Positions 1 to 15,563 of a DNA stretch of 64,000 nt are shown here, in pieces (the stretch's first letter is position 1; each line of letters begins with the position of its first letter). The translations under genes and the position numbers were made by a program. This stretch comes from the human T2T-CHM13v2.0 reference genome, Homo sapiens. The stretch lies in assembly GCF_009914755.1 (NCBI RefSeq), contig NC_060942.1. One strand, given 5' to 3'. Below the pieces are notes generated by a model that was given only the letters and a program-made list of their open reading frames with translations, made no database searches and was not told the DNA's origin.

Positions 1-99
1 TGTTTAAGGTAAATAGGACAGTGTATATAAAAAGTTGTTTCTTAACATCTGACTAATTTTTTCTTTGGGCATTTATTATAATAATGATAACTATTATTA

Positions 100-379
<280 letters not shown>

Positions 380-544
380 TCTAATAATTACTGATGAGAG
401 CATTTATCTTTAAGAATGTTTATCTCAGCTTTCTTTATAATAGCAAAAAAATCAGGAAAATTGTGTTGAGTAATATAGGATTTGTTAAATTATGATAAAT
501 TCAATGAAGAAATAGATTTTTCACCCTTAAAAATAATGTAGTAA

Positions 545-800
545 GGCTGGGCATGGTGGCTCACACCTGAAATCCCAGCACTTTGGAAGGCCAAGGCAGG
601 AGGATCACTTGAGGCCAGGAGTTTGAGACCAGATTGGCCAGCAGAGTGAGACCCTATATCTATAAGAAAATTAAAAAATGAGTCAGGCTTAGTGGTGTGT
701 GCCTGTAATCCCAGCTACTCGGGATGCTGATGCATGAGTATTGCTTGGCCTGGTAGGTCGAGGCTACAGTGAGCTGTGATCATGCCACTGTACTCCAGCT
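545..800 (+). mobile_element. Alu (AluJ-like), 3' truncated
   Basis: ggctgggcatggtggctcac...gccactgtactccagc, no A tail. Confidence 0.9.
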
Positions 801-2259
801 GTAGAATAATACGTAATATGGGAAGGTGATCATGATATTGGAAGTAAAAAATTAGATTATGAAACAGTATGTGCTATTTGCATTAAAATTGTAATTTGTG
901 TATTTACATTTACTGTGTGTATATACGTGCACACATGATGTATATTAACACATGGAAAGATTAAGACTAAGACTTTTTTCACTGTAGGAACTGTACCTGT
1001 TGGATGTGTTTTGGGTACAGAACAAAATATAAATGTTATAAACCTTGACGTAAGGAAATAACAGAAAAAAGGGTAGGGAATAAGGAGAAAGCATATCATC
1101 TTATCTCTAGCAAGGGATTAACTGATATTATCTAAACAAGTATATAGTTTCTTAAAATGATTATATAAACTTTTTAATGTTCCTGTATTTAAAATTCCTT
1201 TATATTTTTGTTTATATTTTATAGTAGACAGTGTCTTTTATAAAGAAGCAATGCCTTTAGTTTTTTTTAATGTTGGATTAAAATAATCTTTAAGCCTTTT
1301 ATTTCAAAACAGCATATGTATGTTATTTTCTTGTTCTTACATAAATTTATTACTGTCTCTGCTAGTTCCTTTGTTGTTTTATGTGTTTAGAGGGATGCTG
1401 GGAATGATGCTTGCCAGAGGTTAACACTTTATTTCTTGGATGTGGGGTATTTATTACTTCCTTCTTGGTCCTTTTTGTATGGCTTGAATTCTTGAGATAA
1501 TGGTCATATGTTACTTTTATAAAGTCACTACTTTTTAAAAGAGGTATTCATAGCATTGTCCAAGGAAAGCCTACTGGCACCCCAAATCAGCAGTAATGCT
1601 GTCTACTGAATGAGAGATTCCTAGCCTTCATTTTGCGAGATATCGTAATGTGTCTTAAACTTTCTAAATTCTCAATTATTTAATACTTACTAATTTTTTT
1701 AAAAAAGAAAACACTTTCTAGAAAAGTAATTGCTTGGCTAGACAGGAGAAATTAGGGAATGAATTACAACATAATTTGAAATCAGGCCAGTGGGTCCTTG
1801 TAGCTCTATCGTAGTACTATATTTATTCTGAATTAATTTATTTAAACAAATCACCAACATATTATTTTACTCTGTCAAAGAATTCCCATAAATTTTGTCC
1901 TGTGGAATATTAAGCCAATGTATACAGTGACCCATTGAACCTATGGAAGCAAAAAGCAACTGCTTATCTAAAAGATATTTCTTACACCTACATCAGCTTG
2001 CTTTATCACTAATTTTTACCTTTTCCTTTTATTCTCTCCTACTCTAGAATTGACAGGATAAATTTTATAGTTGTAACAGAGGTAAATCATGGCAGTGTTT
2101 ACTGTTGAAGATTTTGGAATCTGACTAGTGTTGACCCTAAGCCCTCTACAAGCACTGGCCCAGTAATTAGACTTCTTTGTAAGTCCCAGCTTCCTTATCT
2201 GTAAAAGTACATATAATAGTATCAGTTTCAGAGAATTGTGACCTTCAAGTGACATAGCA

Positions 2260-2730
2260 TGTAAATTTAGCTTTTAAAACTAAATTAAACATAACCAAAA
2301 ACTAACACTGGTTTAAATACATAGGAATTTTACAATTTAATGCAGTAAGAAGGCCAGGTATAGGCAGTACAGGGTTGGCATAGCAGTTCAGTAATGCCAT
2401 CAGGCACTGATCTCTTTTCATCTTAATGCTCTGCCACTCTTAGCTCATACATGGGCTTTGTCTTTAATCATTTTGCCTTATAATCACAAGATTATTGCTT
2501 CTTCCTGGGTAGAAAGTAGGAGGGAAAAGACCAAGGACAAAAGTGTCTTTTTCCTGGTGAGATTTGGCCTTTTTGTTTCTGCATCTGATTAGTTAGCCTA
2601 TTCTAGTTGCAGCGGAGTCTGAAAAATCATACTTTTAGCCGGGCATATTGTTTCCCTGATCAAAACTGGGGTATTCCTGGTAAGAAAAGGAGAATGAATA
2701 TTGTATAGGTATCGTATAATATCTGCCCCC
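2260..2730. mobile_element. Probable MaLR LTR (MLT1-type) remnant
   Basis: Degenerate resemblance to MLT1 LTRs from recall; boundaries approximate. Confidence 0.4.
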
Positions 2731-3335
2731 ATATATAAAGTGTAATCAGTAACTGATAACTTTTGTTATCTTTAATAATTAATAAAGTTTCCACCTAAGT
2801 GAACTTTATTCCTGCATTATCAGTCACAAAATCATACTTAATTTCTTTCCTAGTCTTAACGGTGTCCAAGGGAAAGCCAAAATCTCTTAATGTGAAAGTG
2901 TTAAACAGCTGTCTTGAGGCTACATGTGAGAGAGTCTCTTCTTGGCCCTCAAACTTAATTTACAATTCTTTTGTTATGAAAAATGCCATTAAGACATCTT
3001 TGCAGATTGTGATGTTTGTCATACCCTGAGTTATTTCTTTATTCGTTCCCAAGAGTAGGGTTACAGTGTTATAAGGGTTAAACATTTCTGTGATTCTTCA
3101 TGTTTCTCCAAAATAATTATACCTAGTTAGAAAGCCTCCAGCAGTATATGAATGTTCTTTAAGTTCAAATAGCATTGGGGGACATGTTTTTCTTTAGGTT
3201 GATAAATCTGATGTTCTGTAGAGATAAACCAGTAGTCCTTTGTCATTTTAGTTTGCATGTTTAAATAATCAGAAAGATTGAATATCTTTCACTTTTTTTC
3301 TTTGAATAATTGTTTCCTCTTAGCATTATTAGTAA

Positions 3336-3680
<345 letters not shown>

Positions 3681-5108
3681 TAATGTGTTATGAGAAAATT
3701 CAGAGAACACAGTATGATGTGTTCACAAAGTCTACAGAGGCAGCTGTAGAATATGTTGAAATTTTATTAACAAAATCTCTGCCAGCCAGCCTTAGTTCTA
3801 TTTTCCTAAGACTTTAGATGCCATTTAAGGGTTTACCATATTATAATGTGACTCAGTCAAATTTGAGGAGAGGAGCTTCTTTTAAAAACAAAACAGATAG
3901 ATATAATTTTTCTGGGAACTATATTAAAATAGATAAAATTAGTGCTTTGCTTAGTAAGAATAATCACCTTTGGTGATTTTTTCATGGCAGTTATTCATGA
4001 TAGTTTTACTTCTGCCCCCTTCCTGATATTTCGTTATAAAAATTTCAAACATACAGTACAGGCTTTTAAAATTATTTTTGGTATTTTTCTCTTATTTCCT
4101 TGCAACCCAAGCAAAGTATTAACTTAAAAAGATTGGTTTTAAAATACAAGTGTCACTTGTTTTGCCTCGCTACAAGGAACATATGTGGGAGAGAGAATGG
4201 CTCTGCTTAGCACTCAGTGTTTTGCATCAATCTCAATCTCATAAACAGTGGTAGTCTCATACAGCCTAGTCTCAGTACAGCATAAAAGGAAGTAGTTGAG
4301 GAAGGGGACAGGGAAATGTTAATAGAAGCTTTAATTTTCCAGTTCCTGAGTTAAAGCTTTATAGACTATTCAGATGCCCCCAATAGAAACGTACCTGTTT
4401 GAGTAAAAGCCAAAGAGTGTGTGGGGTCAGAGTGGTTGCTTACTTCCAAAGGATGATTTGGATAAACTGGTAAACTACATTAATATAATTGAAAGCTTAG
4501 TTTATTCACTGTGGTTTAATCTATTAAAATAATATCTGCTTTCAATAATTCATTTAATCCAATTGGCACAATTTAATGTTTGCTGGTTTGCTTTGCAATC
4601 TATGGTGGTTATTTAAATTTTTTTGTTTGTCTTTGTCAAATATTATTTTTCATGAAATTTTTGTGGTTGCTAATTTAATGTATTCCATTTTGAAATATGT
4701 GTTCATTGAAAGTTTTACCATTCAGCCCATTTACCTGTTTACTTTAGAGTTGGTCTAAATGTTATTGATGATTCCTCTTTCAGTTGAGTGAACCTTCTCG
4801 TCACTAAACTTTTAGGCTTATCTGTAAAATTTTCAAATACGATGCTTAGGGGTTACTTGTTCTCTAAGTTGTTTTTTTTGAACACTTGGTTACTTATACC
4901 TAAATGAAATCATGAATACTGTGTAACAGTGATCCTGGAAAAAAGTTTGACAGTTAAGGATATGAAGAACACAATAATATTGTGAGTTGAAATGGCATTT
5001 ATAAGTCAAAATATATTTATAAGTAAAAATGTCTGCTCTGGCCATATTGCCAAAGTCAATTGTCCATATTCATATTTCTCTGTCATGAATTGTTAGGCAG
5101 AATTCCAT

Positions 5109-5457
<349 letters not shown>

Positions 5458-5951
5458 TGATAAACTTTGTTTTGATTTAGGTTACTTTCTTTCCAGACGG
5501 TCTTCAGTAGTAATCACTGTAGTAATTTATACCATTTGAAGTGTATATAATTTGTGGAAAGGTCTGTGGTGTAGGATGATGTTGCAGTCCAAAGTGTTTT
5601 ACTGTCTCCAGAGTCGAGTTGGCACTCATAGAACAAAAAGTGTAAGACAAGTTCTAAACAGAAAACCAGCGATAGAGTACTGGCTCTTTTACTGTTATTC
5701 AGAAGTTGAAAAAATATATAGCCTCAAAAAAGATAGTGTGTTTTAATATATAACATCAGTAATACCTGTTATTGAAACTGCATGGTTGAATTTCCCAACT
5801 TTAAGATATTTTTGTTGAAAAATTTGAAATATTAGGTGTTGACCAAACCTGTGTTTTAAATATAATTTTGGCTTTACTTTAAAAATAATCTTTTGGCAAA
5901 ACAATAATAGCTTATTAACTGGTGGTCTTTTGAAAAATGTTGGTTTGTTGA

Positions 5952-6083
<132 letters not shown>

Positions 6084-6288
6084 TAGATTATCAGGTGTTC
6101 CTGTTTAGCCAGTGGTTTCTGTCACATTTACAATTAATTATTGTACTATAAGTAACTTACTTTCAAACCAGCATATAGATATCTTTGGTTAAATAAATGA
6201 ACTACGTGGGTGACACCACATTTTCCCATTTTTGCTCCTAGGTACTCAGTGTATCATATCTAACACAAGCTATGTGTGAACCTTGTAG

Positions 6289-6400
6289 CAGGACTGCCAT
6301 ATACCTCCACTCCAGTTTTTTACAGCACAATGTGGGGAACACCATTCACGCAGAAAACAATGTGAAAGTCAACCCCTGGTGGTGCATAGTGTAGTGACTC
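6289..6400. mobile_element. Possible MER91-like hAT DNA transposon remnant
   Basis: caggactgccatatac...caccattcac...caatgtgaa...cccctgg resembles MER91 from recall. Confidence 0.35.
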
Positions 6401-9400
6401 CTATGGGAAGATCCCCAAGTGTTTCGTTGTATACCCTTCACAAGGTATACCAAGTGTACTGATTTCAATAGACAGTGTCATCTTACCGTTTAGTCATGTG
6501 ATGTTTTTTAAAAAACACATTTAATACAATTTTTTTCCATTGAATTCATTAGCCGTTATTGACTTTGTTGCCTAGGTTAAATTTAACTATAACTGAATTA
6601 AAATACCAGGTTACCTAGAGAAATGCCATTACCACTGTGTTGCAACCTCTCTATTAAGCTATGGCACCTGTTATTTTATGTTAATGGTCAGTAATTGCTC
6701 CAGATAGAATACAAGAGGATATACAAGTACTGTGTCCTCTTAAAATAAAGAGTAAATGTGTTCTCTAGTATGTGACAGCTAATTAGTTAAATGTTTTTTG
6801 ATTGTCTTTTTTTAAATTGGCTAACATTGTTATCTCTGAGCTTAAATAAAAATATGATTTTTTTTAGTCCCTGGGTGTCTAAGTGTCTAGTTTTCAGCAT
6901 ATGACATTTAGCTATAAAAACTAAAGTAAACCTGTTTTATACACTTTTTATTTATTTTATACATTTGTGGGGTTGGGTTAGGGGCAGTGGAAGAACCAAA
7001 TAATAATTCTTAAAATTATCCCAAAAGTTTTAATTGAGCTGATAAGTCAGTAGTGCCTGGTTACCAAAATTGAGGGGGTGGGGCATATTTACAGTCAGTT
7101 ACTGTGGAATTAGGCATGCTTTTCTAAAAGGTGACTTCTAAGTACCCAAAGTGCCCCTGAAAGAGCTGTATGTATATGAAGCCATCCATAATCTGAGTAT
7201 CATTGCCGGAAATCAAAAGATGCAGACATTCAATTGGAGATTCACGTAGATATTTTAGAACCAGAGAGTAATGGCAAATTTTTTTTTCAGAATTGAAGTA
7301 TGTACATTGCAAACAGGATTGACTTAATTATGTTCATCTATATTTGAGTTGTGATTCCATTGTTTGATTCTTATAGTGACTACTTTGTGGGAAGATGTTG
7401 TATTCTTTAATTTTTGAGACACTAATAGGTTTATGAACCAAGTTCCCTAAGAAAAACAATTTTGTCTCTTCTCCTTAATAAGTACTTAACACTTAATTGG
7501 GATGTGAAGATGTTGAGCTTTCTATTTATTCTGGCAAGACCTAAAAAGAAAGCATTAATTTTCAGCATTATAAAACTGGAACATCTTTGTATATCTGAAG
7601 ATCCTCTAAACCTTGAAAGAATGTTGGAGCGTTGAAAAGTCCATTTCTCTGTTTGCTTTGAATAGTCTTTAAGTGAATCTCTTGTATATTTTCTTAAAAA
7701 ATCCCTAGGCTGTCTGAATGGAACTTAAGTTTATAGTAGACTATGCTAAATGAACACATTTGTCAGTATACTTACATTTAAACTTCAAAGTTCTTGTCTA
7801 TTATTAGGGCAAGTAAATACATTTTGCAGGTACTGAATCTTGAGAAGTAGCTAACTTTTTAAGTATTATTTAATCACCTTCCTGACAAGAGAAGTAGCTA
7901 ACTCTTTATAAGATATATAATATATTATCATTTTTTTACTTATGATGGGTCAGAGGAAACAAATTCTTTACAGGACAAATCCCAGATAGTCTTGTTGACT
8001 GCTTTTAACTTGAAAACGCATACTTTGGGACATACTAGTCTAACACAGTTTTAACACACAGTGTAGTTGTCTCTATCCTAGCTGCCTTACACCGGCTGCT
8101 GTTTTCTTACTTTGCTGTCTCATGCAGAATATGAACTCAGACATATGACTATGGTAACTGAAAGAAAATAGAGTTTATATTGGATGCTAGCATCTGATTC
8201 GAATTTTGTTTTAAATATTTGGAATATATCCAATTTGTTTCTTTCTTTCCAAAATAATTACATCTTTATTTGGCAGCATGGCATTCTAATGATGCATATA
8301 TAAGTATCTTTTTACTGTTGCCTGAGTATGTATTACTTTATCATGTTAGACTGGCTTTTTTAAAACCTTGTGTTAAAATGCAGTCAAAACAAAAAAGGCA
8401 GTTGTTTTACAAACAAAAATGCAAAATTTTCCCCAATATTTAGAAAATATTTTGAGGATAGATGCTAAGTATTTTTTGTTTCCTCTAATTACTAGATTTT
8501 ATTTCTTGTCTTTGAAACATCTTTTCTATTTTCTATAAAATTTTCACAATGTTAAATATATTTATTTTAGGAGAGAAATACATTCATTATAGTTAAAGAT
8601 TTGTTATTCAAATGGAAAACTATTAAAACAACAACACTTGTAGTTGCTTATTAAATACTAGAGAACCAAGATATGCAGAAAATTAGGAGAAAAAATCCAT
8701 ATATGCTTCAGGAAAAAATTGGCTTCTCCAAAAATCTGTTTAGGGCTTTATAATGCAGCGTAAGTTAGGAAAAGTACTGTGCTAAGATTGGATTTATGCT
8801 AAATTGGATCATTAATGATAATGAAATAATAAATATGAAAAGATTATACTGGAAAAAAATAAAGTTGATTTAAATAAGTCTTGAAATTTTGTTTTTATGC
8901 AAAACCAAATATTCAAGAAAATGGACTTTTTAGGAAATGTTTAATTTTGAAAGATTTGTGGACAGCAGAGTTTTTAAAATTAGGAGCTCTGATTTTTCTC
9001 AGCCATAAAGGTGACAGAGTATCCTGATTAAGTGGCACACTGGAAGAATTATTAATTTCTTATGCCTGCTAATAATATCAGGTTTTAATTAGTTTTCTAA
9101 ACTTGCTAGATTAAAACATGCTTTTCTTTTAGAGTATTTTAGCTGCTCTTCATATCTGCTTGAAAAAAGACACTATTTTGACTACTAAGCCTTTCCTTTT
9201 CCCATTTTTGCTATTTTTGAATATTCTTTATTTTACTTATTTATTTTTGCAGCTCCTCTTTGCAGGTACCCTCAAACCTGGATCAGTACATTCCAGATAT
9301 TTGTATAGGGTTTCCCAAGAAATAGATGGACAGGTAATAGCCAGACCTCTGCATTTGGTTGCACAGAGCACCTGCCTTAACTCCCAGAGAAGTCTTACAG

Positions 9401-10033
9401 AAAAGACAAACATCTGTATCTCTTGCTTATAGAATTCAGTTCAGTCTGAATTTGCTGACACTTAATGGGGAACGCAGGCTGCGTTGCTAATGGGTTTCCC
9501 AGATAGTTAAATCTGAAAGCTAACTTGATGATGGGTCAGATCTCTTTGAAAAGGTCCTTGAAAATTTTTGGATCTTTGCAAGATCTGTTAACCCATAGCC
9601 ACACAGAATCTTTAATTTGCGCATTCTTGGCTTTGACTAATGTCATTTCATGTTCAGCTATCCTATGACTGGAATAAAATGATTTGGTACTTTTTTTCGA
9701 TAGTTGTTCTGTGTGATAAGACTTGTCTTAAATATTTAGCTCGTTGGAAGTTTGTATAAATCATTGCTGGAATTAAGGAAGTAATTTGAAGGAGCATTGC
9801 TATATAGGCTTATCAGCAATTACAAATAAAATTATAGTGAATAAAAGAGGTTTCAAAGATGTAATACTAAAGAATGTCTGCACTGTTATCAAGGAATTAA
9901 ATTTTACTAGAACAAGTCATTAAGGTAAAATTTTACTAGTAATAAATTTCCCAAGTATTACTAATTTTCTGAAAACAGTGGAATTAAGAATATATTTTTT
10001 TCAAAGCAGTCAGGAAGAAAATTGTTTATATAA

Positions 10034-10354
<321 letters not shown>

Positions 10355-11971
10355 TGAGTTAATGTGTATCCCTAGTTTTCCTCAGGCAACTGTAGTCTCG
10401 TCTTAACAATTATTTTAACTACTTTTAATTTTTATTCTTTCTTGGATTTAATCAGAATTACTTGTAAGTCAGTGGTAATTTTATGATTATTTGTGTGACA
10501 GTTTATCGTCTGTATCCTCTGCTAAAGTAGAAGCTATACAAGAGTAGGGCTCTTTACACCATGTGTAATCCATGTTTTATTAAGATCTAAATTTTTTTAT
10601 AAGGAAAAATGTCAGCAGTATATTAACAGTCATTTTATATTTCATGTCACATTTCCAGCTAAGGTGTTGTGCCACATGTATGTATGTTTATTTATATACT
10701 GTGTTCTCCAAAAATAATTGATGATGACTTACCAGCAGGACAAAAACAAAAAGGGAACAAACCAAACAACATGGTAATTTATAAAAGGGAGCTAAAAAGG
10801 TAGATAAAATCCAGGCAACTGGCCTGAGATAGTTATTACTATTCACATCCTGGCAGCTAAAAGTACAAAAGAAAATTTTTGAGTTACATAGTTCTCATTG
10901 ACTGATTCAAGAAAGTAAATCACTTTTGTCTGGAGAAAATTTCTTTTGGCCCTGAATTCAAAGCAATTTTATGTAAGACTCTGGGTTACGTAACAGTCCA
11001 TGTTGAAATGCATTGAAAAAGATAATTTTTCAGTGAGTTTTTCCTGTATTGCCTCTTTTTAAAAAACGGGATGACATGGTTAAATTCTTAAGAGTTTCTA
11101 AATATTATAATTTCAAAGCATGAGCGTATCTAATATCTGTCACTGCTAAAAAAATGTTTTAGGGCTTCCTGCTTTTAAAAATAGAGTACGTTGTGGTTAC
11201 TCACTCCTACCTTTTCCACCTCCAACATGGGAAAGTCTGTGACCAAATTAAAGTCATTTTGCCATGTAAAAACTTTGACTGTTTCTGTAAAATTTTGACT
11301 TTGACTTTAAGTCTGATTTAATATTTTAAATGGAAAGACATTTATTAAAACTGATTTTTTAAAATAGCGTGAACCTTTGTCCTTAAAGTAAATTAAAAGA
11401 CCAACAGACAAAAAGTAAAAGTCTTTCATCTCCAATCACCTCCCCTCAAGAGGTGACCACTGTTAACAGTTTCTTATCTTTATTTATGTAGCTTTTCTAG
11501 GCATAAACTTACAAATACGTATCTTTTGTTATGGGTTAATTTTTTTTTCTTTTTTAGTATAAATAGGAGTACACTATAATACTGTTCTGCAGTTGGTCTT
11601 TTTAAGGGTGATTCTTAGTCAACTCTCTATTAATATGTATAGAATTAGAATGGAAAACTTTTGAAATATCAAGCAGTTTGCCATCATACAGATATACTTG
11701 GAGTTTGTGGTTGTTTTATTCATTAGATAAGTCTTTAGATTTTAAGAAATTCAGCAAGCAAATTCTCTTCACAAATAATTTGACTATAAGGATTATATTA
11801 AAATTTATTCATTCAACAAATATTTCTTGAATACCGCTGTGGTATATGAGAAGTCTTCTAAGCAGTGATGAGTAAGATAGATAAGGCCCTTTTCTTTGGG
11901 AGTGTAAATTTCTAGAAAAACTTCTGTAGGAAACTATTACCGAGACAATGTACTTTAAAATCCAAAAGGTA

Positions 11972-12259
11972 GGGCCGGGCATGGTAGCTCGAGCCTGTAA
12001 TCCCAGCACTTTGGGAGGCTGAGGCAGGCAGATCACTTGAGGCCAGGAGTTTGAGACCAGCCTGGCCAACATGGTGAAACCCTGTCTCTACTAAAAAATA
12101 CAAAAATCAGCCGGGCATGGTGGCACACGCCCGTAATCCAGCCACTCGGGAGGCTGAGGTGGAAGAATTTCATTTCTTGAACCCGGGAGGTAGAGGTTGC
12201 AGTGAGCCTAGATCAAACTACCACGCTCCAGCCTGGGCAACAGAGTGAGACTCTGTCTC

Positions 12260-12287
<28 letters not shown>
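11972..12287 (+). mobile_element. Alu (AluS-like)
   Basis: Full dimer, long A tail, TSD aaaatccaaaag. Confidence 0.95.
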
Positions 12288-12290
<3 letters not shown>

Positions 12291-13079
12291 AAAAGATGAA
12301 CCTTACACTTTTTTTTTTTATTGAGGAAAGGATGGTATTGCCTTAGAGCTCTAATCGTGTCAGGTTTTAAACTGGTAAAAATTATTTTCCATATATTTCT
12401 TTTCTCTTAGAGCAGTTCCTTTTATATAGTTGTAAATTTTCAGAATTAATTAACACTGTATATATGTCTTGAATCCTTAATTAAGAAACCAGTTTTTGTT
12501 TTTTTGTAGTTTTGAAATTGGAGAGGAGACTTTGGGCATCATCTAATTTAACTTTTTTTTTTAAAATATAGAAACTAGAACAAATATCAAAATATGAGAA
12601 TCAAGGCAAAGCAGTTTTTAAAGGCCCTTTTCCAGACTACCCTTATTTTTTGTAGCTCTTCTCTTTCATTTTCATAGTAAAATCGTTATGACCTTGATTT
12701 GCACATAATATAAGAACAGAAGAACTCCAATGCTTTGTCTGAGTCAGAAGTGTGGACTCCAGCCTTCAATTTCACTTCCTCTAGGTCTTAGAATAATAGC
12801 ATAACATACCTAGGAAAAGTGTTTCATAGTTCATCACATCATTCATTAAGGAAACATTTTAGAGTACGTATTTGATACTTTATCATTTTAAACCAATTTT
12901 ATGAATTGACAAAACATTTTTTTTAATTGGCTAATGATATTTGATAACCCTGAAGGGAAGATCTCTGTGTATTTGGGTCATTAACGGATCATCCAAGTCA
13001 AGGTTTAGGTTGTTAGGGTGAGAAGGCATTCCTTGTGTTTCAGGAGATTAGCATATTACCAATAAAAACATTTAAATAA

Positions 13080-13397
<318 letters not shown>

Positions 13398-13699
13398 TAA
13401 TCTACATTCTTTTATTCATTTTGCTGAAATGAAAGAGTTCTAAAAATACTCTTTATTACAAAACTTTTGGAGTTCGTACATAAAACCCCTGATTTCTACT
13501 ACAATTCCATGTCAATAATTACTCATATTTTTATATACTAAACTTATACTTTAGTTGACATATTACTTGCTGTATAGTTCTTTATCCAAGTTAGGTTTTG
13601 CCCTAGATGAATTTGAGTTATATGTTTTCAAAGTAGTTGATTCATTCATAAGTATTTTAAGAACATTTATTAACTTGAACCATGAGGACTGTAAGAGTG

Positions 13700-15330
13700 T
13701 GGTGTTATTACTTTCATTTTCATTATTCAAGTAGCATACCAGTACATTCTTGCTGTAAATAATTCAACAGTAAAAGTATGTAGGGAACAATTCAAAAATT
13801 TTCTTTAATTTCACATACTGCACAACCCTACCCTCCCTCCCACACAGGTTCTTTCTCTTCCATAGAACTATGGTTAACGCTTAGGAGGTTACTCATTCAG
13901 TTCATTTTTATTATATATGTATAAAGCAAATACTTACTTATATATTGGCTTTTTAAAGTGAAATCATTCCATCTGTATCAATCTGTAGTTCTGCAACCTG
14001 CCTTAATGTCTTACAGATATTTCTGTCAGTATATATAGGTAGGCCTACTCCATTAATTTTTAATAGCTGCATAATATTTTCTGGTATAGCATTCCGTAGG
14101 CAACACTGTAGTAAATACCTATATAGAAACATCTTTGTGTATATTTATGGAAGTATTTCAGTAGAAGTGAAATTGCTAAATCAATGGAGATACATGTTTT
14201 AGATTTTTGAAATAATGGAAATTGCCCCCCCCAAAATTCTGTATCAATTCATACTACCATCAAGAGTATATAAAAGAGCCATTTTCCTCATATCTTCAGT
14301 AAAACTGGATATTATCAACTTTTAATTATTAACAATCTGAAGAATGAAAAAAATCTTAATTTGGATTTTCATGATCAGTAGTGATGGTAAACATTTCTTA
14401 TGTTTATTATAAACTTATGTGTATTTTATGAATTGTTAGATCCACTCCTTTGCTCATTTTCTTTTGGTTTAGTCCTGTTTTTAATCTACAAGAGCCTTTA
14501 TTTAGTCTAGATTTTCTCTATCAAATATGTAAAGATTTTCACAGTCTGTGGCTTAGGTTGAATACACTCTCATTACAGTGTTTATTGTACTACAGTTTTC
14601 ATCTTTTATGTATCATATCAATTGAGCTTTATGGGTTCTTGGTTTGGTATTTTATTTAAGAAGGCCTTGTCTTTCTCTGTATCATAAAACTATTCCTATA
14701 TTTTCTGTTTTTCAAATTTGGTTTCTGTTTTGTTTTTACATGTAGCCCTATTATAATACACCTGGAATTTATGTCTTTATTTGCTGTGAGTGGGGAATGG
14801 TGTGATATACAGTATCTACCTTAAAGAGTGAGACTTAAAATGCATGGCATTTATTCTAGAGGAAAACTTGACATTATTTATCAGAAACCTAAAAAATATT
14901 TCTTTCATCTGACAATTCCACTCTCAAGGATTTATTTTAAATAGTTAATCATGGATGTACATGAAGATTTAGTTGTAAGGATACTTGTTACAGCATTGTT
15001 TCTAATTAAAAACTAGCAACAATCTGTATCCTTAGTAATAGGAACTCGTTGAAGGAAATTATGGTATATTTGATTAGTACAATACTATGTTGTAGAAAAG
15101 TATAATGACATAGGGAATTATTTTCACTTTAGTAAGTAGAGGAAGCAGGTTGTTATTCATCTAAGTTTTATAAATATGTGGGAGAGCTAGTAGATATTAT
15201 GTTGGATTCTTCAAATTATTATTTCTGGGTGGTGAGATTATGGACAGTGTTTATTTTCTTTGTATTTTTAAGTTATCTAATATTTCTTTTGTGAACATGT
15301 AACTTTTTAATTACAAAAGTAATTAAGTTT
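13700..15330. mobile_element. Ancient L1 (L1ME-like) fragments, both orientations
   Basis: Degenerate L1 3' region motifs (e.g. gtgaaattgctaaatcaa, caattccactct); boundaries approximate. Confidence 0.5.
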
Positions 15331-15563
15331 ATTTTAGTTAAAATAAGTATTAAGTCCAGAAAATATTGTATCAACAGAATAAAGCCCTTAAGACATCAGG
15401 ATTTTTGTTTACTGAAAGACTCTAATCAAGCTTACTAATATTTTGCCTCTTTAAAATTCTTTTTCATAGTTTAAATGATTATTAAAAATTATATCAAGCT
15501 TATATTTATTGGAAAGCTTAAATATTTAATACTTTTGTCAAATAATTTAGCACAGTGGAAATA

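Noticed and set aside
7842-7903. Direct repeat gagaagtagctaact (similar small duplication near 26208-26250)
   Set aside because: Two-copy local duplications typical of neutral slippage; no sign of function.
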